NCBI GenBank assembly: GCA_001179505.1
Contig: CDMY01001064.1
Span: forward strand, 124,001 to 188,000
DNA from: Vitrella brassicaformis CCMP3155
Taxonomy: Eukaryota > Protista > Chromerida
Length of the DNA stretch: 64,000 nt
Reading direction: 5' to 3'
Shown here: positions 1 through 10,900 of the stretch, one piece after another
How positions within the stretch are numbered: position 1 is the first letter of the stretch
How the letters are laid out: the number at the start of each line of letters is the position of its first letter
Made by a program: the position numbers and the translations under genes
Notes under the pieces: model-generated
The model's database searches: none
Told to the model about the DNA's origin: nothing
What the model saw: the letters and a program-made list of their open reading frames with translations, nothing else

Positions 1-75
1 ACACACACACCGTCTATCCACCTGCGGCCATTCATTATGTGCGCATGCGGTGGTGTGTCGCTTCCTGTCCTGCAG

Positions 76-1324
76 GCGAACAGTTCGGAGGAGATTGAGA
101 CCGTCTGCATCGTCGACACACTCAGACGAGCTGGTGCGACGCATAGAAAGAGAAAAATCCCCAGTGGGCGGGCGGGATCTGGTTTGTGTGTTCATGTGTG
201 GTGCGTCCTATATGTGTGTGTGGTGTGCAGGTGCTGATGTGACGGTTGCCTCTGTGGAGGACTCGAAGCTGTGCGTCATGTCACGGAAAGTCAAAATGGT
301 CAGCCAGCTGCCACAGGCTCGCGCACACACATGGATGGAGACCATGTGTGCTCTTTCTGTGTGTGTGTGCAGGAGGCTGACGTGCTGATTGGGGAGTGCC
401 AGGGCCAAGACTGGGACTGCCTCGTGGTAGGTCCATACACACACTGCGCACACACGAGATGAGCCTCATGCCATCATGAGTGACATGCTCCCTCCCTCCC
501 TCCCCTCCCCGTGTTGCGCTGCAGCTCCCTGGCGGCATGCCCGGCGCCGTAATGACTATCAATGAACGAACCAACACACAGACGGATCGTTACCAAAGCA
601 ACGGGCTGTGTGTGTTCCTCCCTCCCTCCCCAGGAGAGCCTCTCCAAGTGTGCCGCGCTGACGGAGCTGCTCAAGACACAGAAACAAAAGGACAAACACT
701 ACGCCGGTAGGTACCTCGAGCAATCCATGTGTCCACATACAGCTAGCTCCCTTCACCGCCCATATTTATGCGATGGATGGATGGATGCAGCCATCTGCGC
801 CGCGCCCGCGGTGGTCTTGGCCGAGCATGGGCTGCTGGAGGGACACAAGGCAGTCTGGTGGGTGCGACAGACACACACAGAGAAGACGGCCACATCGCCA
901 GTATGCATATGTGTGTGTGTGTGTGTGTGTCTGTGGGTGTGGGTGTGTGCCATCAGCTATCCTAACCCTAAGTTCCAGGCGAAGCTGGGCAGCCCCGAAA
1001 AAGACCGAGTCTGCGTGTCGGGCAAATGTGGTGGGTGTTGATTGAACACGTGCTGATCTCTATTTGTCCTGTCTGCCTGCATTGCACTCTGTGTGTGTCG
1101 TGTGCGTCGATCTCTCAGTGACGTCGATCGGGCCCGGCTCGTCGCTGGAGTTTGCGTGCAAGCTGGTGGAGGTTAGTGAGCAAAGGGGACAGACAGACAG
1201 ATGGACGGAGAGAAGGGGGTGGGCCGAATGTGCTGCGTGTGCAACCCTCCTTCAGTTGCTGTTTGACAAGGAGGCGGCGGACAAGCAGCGTGACGCACTG
1301 CAGATGCCTGCTGCGGCCCGTTAG
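76..1324 (+). CDS. DJ-1: DJ-1/PfpI family protein (glyoxalase/deglycase-like), multi-exon, 5' end lies before the window
   Basis: Spliced exons give SEEIETVCIVDTLRRAGADVTVASVE...DCLVVLPGGMPGA...AICAAP (nucleophilic Cys)...HKAVCYP...VTSIGPGSSLEFACKLVE...MPAAAR*. Phases are consistent at GT-AG junctions (e.g. intron 299-372). Confidence 0.93.
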
Positions 1325-1934
1325 CTGCCCGTAGCGACAAACCACTATCGCTTTCTCGTCAATTGCCAATTGAGTGGCCGGGCGGACTGGAGGTGTGGCA
1401 TAGAGTCGTTTTTCCCTGGCGTGAGTGGTGTGAGTGTCTCCCTCCCTCCCTCCCTCTGCCGGTTTTTGTGTCCATGTCTTGCCACAAGCTCGTGTAGTAG
1501 AAGAGGGAGGCTACGTGTGTGTGTGTGACCGGCGCAACTCATGACGACGCGGCGCATTCATGTGTGGTGTTCTCTCGATCCATGCGTTGCATTTGGTGGG
1601 GTCGGTGTGGTGTGGTGTGAGTGATGCGAGACCTTCCAAGTTCGATCCTCGATGGAATGAATCAATCATCCGGTTCCTGGTGGACATGTAGCCACACGGA
1701 GAGCCGCCCTCCATCCTCCCTCCACCCAGCTAGCACTGATGGCTGTCTGCTGGTCCATACGCCTGCCTACATTAACAAACCCACCTTGAACACGGAGAAA
1801 CACACCGCAACACAACCCGCCTGCCTCTGTACACATCCATCCATCCATCCAGCCATCGGTGTACAAGACAGCCAGCCACCAATTGCATTGCACTCCCTCC
1901 CAAACCAACAGCCATCTCGGCTTCAACTCAACCG

Positions 1935-3932
1935 TCACTGGCGGCCCCCGCCACTGACGAGTCCGCCAGTGAGTTCGACGAGTTGTCTTTCCTCTGGCGT
2001 CATGGCTTCCCACGCGGGGCTGTTGGGCGCCAGCATGTTGCCCAAGTCCGGCTCCTCCTCCAGCTGCCGTCGACGGCCTGCACACATGACACATATGACG
2101 CCCATGGCATGGATGAGGGAGGCACAGCAAAGCAAACGGTTTGCTGTGCTGGTGCGTGACTGAACTGACCGAGTGCTGCGAGTCGTTTGTTGAGCGGCTT
2201 GACGACGTATTCGCCCAGGTTGCTGCCCTGCTTCTTGAGGAAGCCCCATATGAGCCACAGAACCAGCACGTAGGCCGCGGGGTACAGCGCCACCCAGAAC
2301 CACTGGGGACGATACCGCTCCTGAACCAACCAACACCCACACCCAATCACAAGCAGCACTGTGCCTGCCTGCCTGCTGGATACCATGGGTACTGACTGAC
2401 TGACCTTGCTCTCAAAGAATTCGATTTTGGTCATGTTTGGGTATTCGAACTGGACGAGGTCGAGGTAGGCGGGGAGACTCTTGACCATCAACCCGAACAA
2501 GTCAGACTCAGTCAGCACCAGCACCCTGCTGTTCTCCTTCAGCACCGCCCTGTGTGGGTATCATCACGTCAGTCACACGACCATCGCCAGCCAGTGGATC
2601 AGATCAGGTGAGGTGAGGTTTGTGTAGCCACGCACCTTTCATCGAACTTGTCTGCGAGTTTGGGGACTTCGTCGCCCAGGTGCCCCGATAAGAGTGCATG
2701 CCGCACATAGGCATGTACCTTGATGCACTCGTATTCGCAACTGACACACACACACACGCGCACATACACAACATCGACAGATACCATCCATGGCATCCAT
2801 ATTATGATGCACACCGGCGGGTGGGCCGACCTTTCTCCCCAAATGGCAGCGTACAGCTTGGGCGCTTTCCGCCTGATGTAGTCGGGTGTGTACTCCTTCT
2901 GGGCCTCCGGCTGTCACACACATACACGCACAGACAGACAGACAGACAGACAGTCCCAGACACAAACAACAAGTGGGTGAGGTCAGACGTGTGTGCGTGT
3001 GTGTATGTCGACTTACGGACATCCGGGGCGTATTGGCCAAGACCATGCCAAGCTCCATCTTACCCGTCACCTGCACACCACATATCGACACAAACACACG
3101 GCTCTGGCTGCGTGGGTGCGGTGTGTTGTGCGAAGGCCTGGCCGTGTGGAACATGTAGATGATGCGTACAATGACGCCCCGTGGGTCGTATAGGTTGTTC
3201 TCCTGTATGGCGAGTTGGCAGGACGCGGCCGACCTGCCCGTGCAGAAGTGGGGGATGCTGTCCACCATGCACTGCTGAATCGCTGGCGTCCACCATCCTG
3301 ACCGAGCGCGTTTACGCAGACAGACAGACAGACAGACAGACAGAGGGTGATCAATGGCGCGCACCACAGTGTCCTGGCTGGGGACTTACCGTATTGTTCA
3401 TTTCGGTCAAGGCACTTCTCCAGCTGGCAGACGCAAGCAAAGGCGGTGAGCCAACGACCCACGTGGATGATGATCATTCTCCATGCTTACCGATTCCGCC
3501 TTTCCAGCTGCCATGATCTCCTGAACAGACACCCACACAACATGAACACACATCTGCCAGGTCACAATGCCTTGCAACGCTGCTCACCGCCTGGTTGAAC
3601 GACGCCACGAGCTTGTCATAATCATGGCTGTGCAGGCCCAGGAGAACCAAGTCGGGCTTCTCCGCCTCTATCACCCGCCGCACCCCCTCGCCGTTGTTCG
3701 GGGCCTCCACGTTCTCAGGCAGCACTGACATGAGGGTCATCTTGACATTGATCCTGGAGGGCTCCTTGCCAAACGTTGCCACCCAGCTGTAGAAGGTGCG
3801 GCGACTCGACGGCAGCCGTGACGCATCTGGCCGTAATGGCATCTCCCTCAGTGCTGTGTCGTGCAGAAGGCAAGGGACAGATCTGCCGCAGCGGGATAGG
3901 CCTCGCCGGGATGGGCCGCAGAGGAGATTCAT
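1935..3932 (-). CDS. Multi-exon protein with R/S-rich leader, possible TraB-like domain and C-terminal TM helix
   Basis: ATG 3932 MNLLCGPSRRGLSR...SRRTFYSW looks like an organellar presequence. VRRVIEAEKPDLVLLGL resembles the TraB 'V..VI...KPD.V.VEL' strand. Hydrophobic WFWVALYPAAYVLVLWLIWGFL near the C-terminus. Family call is from motif memory only. Confidence 0.45.
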
Positions 3933-4387
3933 CGACAGGAGCTGACACTGCTGGCCTTCCCGTGTCAAGCAGGACAGTGTCGGAAGTGTGGAGCTTTCAT
4001 TTTTCTCTTGCGAGCTAAGCTGGCACAGGGAATGGATTCAACCAATGGCATCTTCGACAGAAAATGCGCCGCCACTTCCGTTAGGTCAAGAAGACCGTGA
4101 TGGGAAGTTCTGCTTTCTGAGCTATGTTGTGGAATTTGGTAACAGCGTGTGTTTTGGGTCGTCAGAGTCACCGCACGCACACAACGGATGGCCGCCTGGA
4201 CTGTCACGTGGAGATGTGTAGAATACATCCACAAATATAAAGCGTAGGCAGCAATATGAGCGGAGTGCATCCGCCACCCCCTCCTTGCAAATCTCCCACC
4301 TCTCCTGGCAGTCGGGCCCTCGAGGGTCACCCGATAGCCGGGCCCGTGTCGCCGCCACCACTCAGCCTGCCCCGTCTTGGTGTTGGT

Positions 4388-5140
4388 CTACCAGCCCTGA
4401 AGGGAAGGACACACACGATTTGATTGACACAGAGATTGCAATTGTATGCTTGGACAGTGAGCGCACCTGCTCCGTCACGCCGAGCCTCGCCGCCTCCACC
4501 ACGTAGTAATACTTCGGGAACTCAGGCGAGCCGGGCCCAAAGAGGGGTTTCTGCATGACAGTCGACAGCAGGCGAACAGGCAGATGAGCAGGTCCACTGG
4601 ACGTGGTGCGAAGTATGCTTACGCCTATGAAGTCGTATTGCTCTTCTGGGGCGACCTTGCTCCAGGCGGTGGTGCGGGGCTCTGAATCATGCATGTGTAC
4701 AAGTATGAGGCCACCGCCTGGCTGCATTGCTGTGTGCTGACTCACCACGTAGATGTTGTGGTCGTACTGCCACCGCCTGCCCTCGTGGCCCACCACACCA
4801 TAGGCCTCGTTGATGGCCTGGGCCTCTTTGGTGGAGGTGGCGGCGTGGGCGGGCTGGCCGTGCTGCTGCTGCTTGTCCGGGTGGCACCTCTGCAAACACA
4901 CACATGAAGAAACAAAGAGAGGGAGAGAGACAGAGAGAGAGAGAGGCAGGCAGACAGAGAGACAGACAGACAATAGCTCATGGAGATTCAACTACGTTGA
5001 GAGACGCTGCACTGACTGTCACAGTGACTGACCTGCAGGAGTGCGTCTCGCGCCTTTTTGATGTCCGCCGGGGTAGCGGCCGGGACGGCGCCCAGCGTCG
5101 CATAGTACCCTTTTGGGTCGCTCACGCTCACTGCGGCCAT
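4388..5140 (-). CDS. Small type III J-domain (DnaJ) protein
   Basis: MAAVSVSDPKGYYATLGAVPAATPADIKKARDALLQ|RCHPDK...AQAINEAYGVVGHEGRRWQYD. HPD motif intact. Spliced C-terminus ends ...GVTEQ|GW*. Confidence 0.85.
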
Positions 5141-5429
5141 GTTTCTCTCTCGCCGTCTCTCTGCTGTCTGATGTCGCAGCGTAGCGGAAAATGAAAGCAC
5201 GAGCCCCAAGATATAAGATGCAGACAACGATGGTCGTGGCCCGGAGAAAGAGAAGAGACATCCGCAAATATAGAATGTAGGCAGCCATCTGCACAAGAGA
5301 GACACAAACATCAGGTCCACCTACTTCCACACGCTTGCTCCATGACACCAGCCCGCACAAACGAGTCGGGCTGGTCTTGCTGTCTGCTTAAGGCATCCGT
5401 ACCTTCACTCCGGCGGCTCTCATGCATCA

Positions 5430-6200
5430 CTTACACACCGCGCAGGCGCAACGCGTGCACCAAAGTGTTGCGCAGAACCCTCTCGCCTGCAAGCACAGTC
5501 CATGGCACACAACGTACAGATGTAACCCATCGCCCGTCATGTGCGGGAACCTGGAAGTAGTAGTGGTTGTCGCCTTTGGTCTTTCCGTCCTCCTCGGCCA
5601 GCTGGTGGGCGCGCCGGCGCTTGCTGAACGACATGACACACACGCAGACAAACCAAAGGCCGAGTTCAGTGATCATCAATGTGGCGTCTCGGTAGGTGTG
5701 CTCGTCCTCACGACTCCTGGAACTCGGCCTCGCTCGTGTTGGCCATGGCCAGCAGCTCCCGCTGGACGTCCAGCCGGGCCTGCGTGAAATGCATTGTCAG
5801 CCTCTGTGTCTCTTTCTGTGTCTGTTTCTGTGTCTGTGTGCCTGTCACCTCGTCGTAGTAGTCCTCCACCGGTTTGTTCGCGGGGTCCGCCAGCTTCATC
5901 GTAAAGGCCCGCGTCGTAAACCTGGCAGCCAAAGATAGAGAGAGAGAGAAGACGCATAAGACATTGATTGATCAATGGAAGCACTCGGTGAGACAGCTGA
6001 GTGATGTGTGTAGTGGCGCCCCTGACATGTCGTCGAAGGTGCGGCCCAGTCGGGTATCTGCATGTCACTCACACACATGCTCTGTGTGTCGCTGTGTCGC
6101 TGACTGCTCGGCCTCTCTGTGCATGCGCCCTTACCGTCAGCAATCCCCCCAGCAGTTTGCTCTTCCCCCTTGAAGAAAGCCCCCAGCAGCTTCAGCGGCG
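5430..6200 (-). CDS. Multi-exon coding module of unknown function (no secure start; may belong to the CCCH gene)
   Basis: Phase-consistent exons with high GC3: PLKLLGAFFKGEEQTAGGIAD|DTRLGRTFDDM|FTTRAFTMKLADPANKPVEDYYDE|ARLDVQRELLAMANTSEAEFQES|KRRRAHQLAEEDGKTKGDNHYYFQ. No family recognised. Confidence 0.5.
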
Positions 6201-6260
6201 CTGCATGGCAGATGGATGGCACAGGAATGTTGACGTCGGCCAGGGATGTCTCAGTGTGTG

Positions 6261-7530
6261 TCTTACTCGTCGCGTTTCTTCTTCCTGTTCTCCCTGTTCC
6301 TCTTGCCCCGCTGCTTGGCAGAAGGGCAGGTGCGGCCCTTGGTGGCCTGCCTCTGCTGGCGGCTCGGTGCCTCGCGCAACTCCCCCTCGCCGTGCGCATA
6401 CGGGCACTGCAATGGAAACACCGTGCAACGCACGCACCAGACTACAAACAGTGCAAATGAGCTCAGGGACGTCTCACCATGGCCTGCGAGCAGCCCCTCC
6501 CGCTCATGAAGTCCCGGCAGAGCTGCGTCTTGTGCATCAGGGCGAAGAAACGTTTGTTGCCGTTCCTGCAAAGGGATCAAGTTGTGCCGCTCATTCCATT
6601 CATTGCACATCAGTGCAAAGCGGCTCCTCACCTCCCTCCGCTGGGGCTTGTTGATGGCCGGCGCCACCTGATGCCGTCCGTTGCTCGACATTTCCCACCA
6701 AAATTGCGACATCGTCCCACTATGCCGTCGAGGCAATGCATTGGGTGCAGATGTCTGAGTGATGACGATTCTACAATCTGCAACACCGACACACAACACA
6801 CACATGGCAGGCAGTGCACGAGTGCGTGCATCGTGAAATTGTCTTTTCTACCGGCCATTTGTCATGGCATGACATGGATCCTCACCTGCTGATGCCCGCG
6901 CTGATCTGCATCGAGTTGCTCATTGCCGCAGCCGCACCCTAAATCGAAACCATACACACAAGTGTCCGGTGAACGAGCGTGTGTGTCAAGTGCATCGACG
7001 TACCTGAAGACGATACGGTGCCCATGGCGGCAAGCAGACGTCGCACAGGCCACGAGAGAAGGCGCACCCACCGACACAGATCGGTATCCTGCGTCACCAG
7101 GGTATCACGGAACACAGCAGATCTGCGTGATAGAAGGCAAGCAAAGCGGACCAAACTTCGTCTTTCTGAAGCACTCGCTCCGCCATGGTGAGGTGGTTGG
7201 TGCGGCTCTCCCCGCCCCATGGCCCTGTCGGCCAACACCTCGTGGATGTTCAACGAGATGCATGCCTGCACACACATACGTCGCTATGCGCATGCACACT
7301 GCTTTCCCTCTCTTTCCCTCACATATATTCCGCAATGAGGCTCACCTTGACCATGCGGCTCCTGCTGTCGGCCACGCGCCTTAAGGACGCCTTGAGAGGG
7401 GTGAAAGGCGTCAGAGGCACTCTGGGGGTGCCGGTGGGAATGAGGCGGACACAGAAGAGGGGCACCGACCGGGTGTGTGTTTGTGTGAGGGCCGTGAGGT
7501 CGTCTGTGAGGATGGCGCCAGAGACATGAT
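6261..7530 (-). CDS. CCCH-type zinc finger protein (TTP/ZFP36-like finger)
   Basis: Spliced HKTQLCRDFMSGRGCSQAM|CPYAHGEGELR matches the KTxLC...C...C.YAHG..ELR signature, with Cx8Cx4Cx3H spacing. Upstream exons and start are uncertain. Confidence 0.7.
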
Positions 7531-7993
7531 GCGAGGGGCTGGGTGGGATGAGAAAGGGTTAGGCGGTGGGAGGGCGGCGGGCTGCTGGGCGGGCGACAAG
7601 AGGGGGTAGGAGCTGGATGGGCGTGTGTATAGAATGCCCTCAAGCAAGCCTCAGAGAGGCCGCGAGGGCTGTGGGAATGCCCGCAAACTGTGCACGCAGG
7701 CACACTGCAGGCGGTGAATGCCCTCGCAACCCCTCACTTCCGAAGGAGAAAAGGGGGCGAGGGCCACGCCCATCGTAGTCTACCCGTTGCCTTGCTTCCT
7801 GACAACAAAGAAAAGACCAATGTTGACGGAATGCGTGCATAGCCATATCTCTTGATCGATCACTCTGTCACTGGCCTGGTCAGCCATCGGCTGCTGCAGT
7901 GCAACCCAATGGCCGCTGAAGGCCCTGGAGAACCTGAAAGCAACGGAGGAAAGGACAGTTCACAGCGAGACACACTTGTTGGCCTACAATCTG

Positions 7994-9590
7994 TCATTCA
8001 TGTGCATACCACGGGTGTCGCAGGATCGTATCATAGTTCAGTGTGTGGGGCCGACGGGTGAGGGTGTCGTAGAGGTCATAGGCCTCTGGGCTAGCCAGGG
8101 GCCGCTGTAGACAGCACAGCCAGCCAGCAGAGGCAACACGAACAATGGACATAGATGAGTGGATGAATGGAGCTTGTTCTGTGACATAAAAGTGGGTGCA
8201 GCAGCCGCGTCGCTTGTGCGGCCCGTACAGCAACTCACCCATGACCGACCTGCGAGACAAAAGAACACAACCAATTGGGGAGGTGCAGCGAGGCAATTAT
8301 CGTAGAGCGCGTTACCCTAGCCCCCTAATGTCCATGATCTCGCCATGCCTCAGCCTCTTCTCGGGCATCATGAAATCCTGGCTGTCTTCTGCTCTTCATA
8401 CGCTGAAGTACCATCCTCCTCATCTTTGCCCTACCTCCGCAGCAAACGCGCTTCCCCAACCGATGAGCTTGAGCGGAGGCGTCGACCCGTCCCGCCCTGT
8501 CCTCCACCTGATGTTGGCCGCTTTCAGATCCCTGCGACACGACACCAACCATGACAGCCAGACTTTTGCTGCCTTGCGAATGGCGTTTTATGTCCAACGG
8601 ACCTGTGAGTAACCTTGGCCTTGTGCAGCAGCTCTCGAAGAAAGAGGACCAGGGGGAAGAGCACCTCTTTGGCCTCCTGCTCACTGATGAGGGAGCGGCC
8701 CAATGGCGTCTTCCGGGAGGTCTTACCCGTACATCTCCATCTCCAGGAAGACACTGTCGTTGCTCTTGGGGATGCGGCCCTTCTTCGGACGAGCATCCAG
8801 CTGCAAGACACACCAAACAAGGCAGGTTTCGACCCAGTGTGCAGAGAAAAGCTGCTCCTACGGTGACGCCAGGGGCGTCTGTCTGTTTGTCTGTCTGTGT
8901 GCGGCCTATTTGTCGAATACGAATTGCGACAGAGTCTTGGCGGAGTGCCGCAGGGCCAGCACATACCGCCGCGCAGTAACGATCTGGTTGCTGATGGAGT
9001 CCCAGAAGGTGTGATACTCTTCACCATCCGACCCCACGGCCAACACAAAGTGGCTGAAGTTGCAGGCCTATGTTGGACCGAGATTCTGGCCTGCATACAC
9101 ATCACACACCACTCTTTCCACACACACCACACACACACACACAGGGCGTGCCCCTCTCCCCCCTCACCCACCACACTGATGTTGTCTGGTGTTGCTTTGA
9201 AGTACCGCAGGACGACCTCCTCACCGAGCGCCTGCAGCTCGTTGCCGATGCGCCGCTCGTCGGTGGGCAGCTTCTTTAGTGCCTGCATCTCGCCCCTCGT
9301 CCCTTCCGATGCGGTGCCCGTGTTGGTGCCGCAGAGGCGCCGCTCCGCTTGAAACATCTTCAAACAAAAGAAAGATACCACATTCAGAGATGGCCAAGCG
9401 CTGTAATCTTTGTGCTGTAGTAGCAGCAGCTGTACCACTGAGCCGCTGACTGCTAGGTCTCCCCTGTCCAGCCGAGGGCGGTGGGCGGTGGGCCGTGTTG
9501 AAGAAGATGGTGGGCTCTTCGTCGTCTCCGATGTCCACAATGACGATGCAGCTGTCGTGAGGGCTCTCCGGGACAGGCTGCAACATGAAA
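7994..9590 (-). pseudogene. Degenerate Ser/Thr protein kinase, copy A
   Basis: Subdomain remnants: LCGTNTGTASEG/ALKKLP (I-II), VTHR|DLKAANI (VIb), LKLIGWG (DFG Asp lost), DFMMPE (APE), DIRGLG (IX), SPEAYDL...ILRHPW (XI). A stop plus frameshift (FLEMEMYG*DL) interrupts the hinge exon. Confidence 0.7.
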
Positions 9591-10424
9591 TCCTGCCATC
9601 GGCAGCCATCCAATGCACGTCCGCACATCCCCCCTGCTCGTCTTTCCCCTACCTCCGCAGCAAAGGCGTTTCCCCAATCGATCAGCTTCAGCAAAGACGT
9701 CGTCCCGTCTCCCTTGTCCTCCACCTGATGTTGGCCGCCTTCGAATCCCTGCAACAAAACACCAACCACAACAGCCAGAAATCTACTGCTTTGGGAATCG
9801 TATTTTGTTCTCAACAGATCTGTGAGCAACCTTGGCCTTGTGCAGCAGCCCTCGAAGGCAAAGGACCAGGGGGAAGAGCATCTCTTTGGCCTCCTGCTCA
9901 CTGATGAGGGAGCGGCCCGACGGCGTCCTCCTGGAGGCACAGTAGCGCTGCAGCTCTAGCTCGTAGATCTTCATCTCCAAGAAGACACCGTCGTTGCTCG
10001 TGTGGACCCACCGTCATCGAAAGAGAAAGATGTACCAATACAATACAATAAATACACCCAGGCGTTGCTCGAAGCACACCCTCGGGCCGCACCTCTATCG
10101 AATCAGAGAGACACACACCCGTGCCCCTGCTGCTGCCGTTGCCCCTCAGAGGCAAGGAGTGTGAGGAGCTGGTGCTCTTCCTCCCTCTTCATGAGCGCAT
10201 GCAGCTCGTTGCCGTCGATGCGACGCTGGTCGGTGGGCAGCTTCTTTAGTGCCCGCATCTCGCCTCTCGTCCCCTCCGATGCGGTGCCCGTGTTGGTGCC
10301 GCAGAGGCGCCGCTCCGCTTGAAACACCTGCAAACAAAAGAAAGATACCACACTCAGAGGTGGCCAAGCGCTGTAATCTTTGTGCTGTAGTAGCAGCAGC
10401 TGTACCACTGAGCCGCTGACTGCT
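9229..10424. repeat. Direct repeat, approx. 9229-9454 and 10198-10424 (part of the kinase tandem duplication)
   Basis: About 225-nt near-identical blocks encoding QHKDYSAWP...FQAERRLCGTNTGTASEGTRGEM.ALKKLPTD. Other paired blocks are approx. 8430-8720 vs 9640-9940 and 9500-9580 vs 10430-10495. Confidence 0.92.
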
Positions 10425-10545
10425 CAGTTCAGGTTGAAGAAGATGGTGGGCTCTTCGTCGTCTCCAGTTGTCGTGAGGGCTGTCCGGGACAGGCCTGGTG
10501 GTCAGCATCAGTACGGCATCATAGTACGCCATTACTTGTTGCATC
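9591..10545 (-). pseudogene. Truncated degenerate protein kinase, copy B (subdomains I-VII only)
   Basis: ALKKLP, FLEMKIYE...SEQEAKEM...VAHR|DSKAANI. A 1-nt deletion shifts the frame before LKLIDWG, and the copy is cut after DFM, where it joins the start of copy A. Confidence 0.65.
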
Positions 10546-10900
10546 GTCGCCTCTGAATGGACGTCTTCTCCCGCGCCGGGCGCCAGCTGACGCCGTCCGT
10601 TGCTCGAAGAAAACAGACGGCGTCAGGACCAGGAGAAACGACAGAAGCGGTTTGGAATCGGTTCTTTTTTTCTTGAGACGGAGGCGTCTCCGCCATTCTC
10701 GCCGAGCTCGCGAGGGCATTCCGTGAAACTGCACAGTGGATCGCGGTGGGTGAACAGCATTGAAAGGCAGGTCTGTGTATGCCATTGCACGAGTGACGAC
10801 CAGCCCCGGGGAAAATCCGCACCTCCATCCATCTACGTCCATCGTTTCGTCACATCACGGCGCAGATCTCATCCACCTCCATCCATCTATCTCCATGTAG

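Noticed and set aside
4122-4400. In-frame TGA (QDGAG*VVAATR) after the J-domain ORF as a possible selenocysteine or read-through site
   Set aside because: The more plausible splice (GVTEQ|gtgcgc...ccttcag|GW*) uses another frame and ends the protein at 4388; no Sec-type redox motif or SECIS was recognisable.
8300-10500. Repeats as a CRISPR array or LTR pair
   Set aside because: The repeats are exon-bearing kinase fragments of uneven length, with no spacer periodicity, TG...CA ends, target-site duplication or pol gene.
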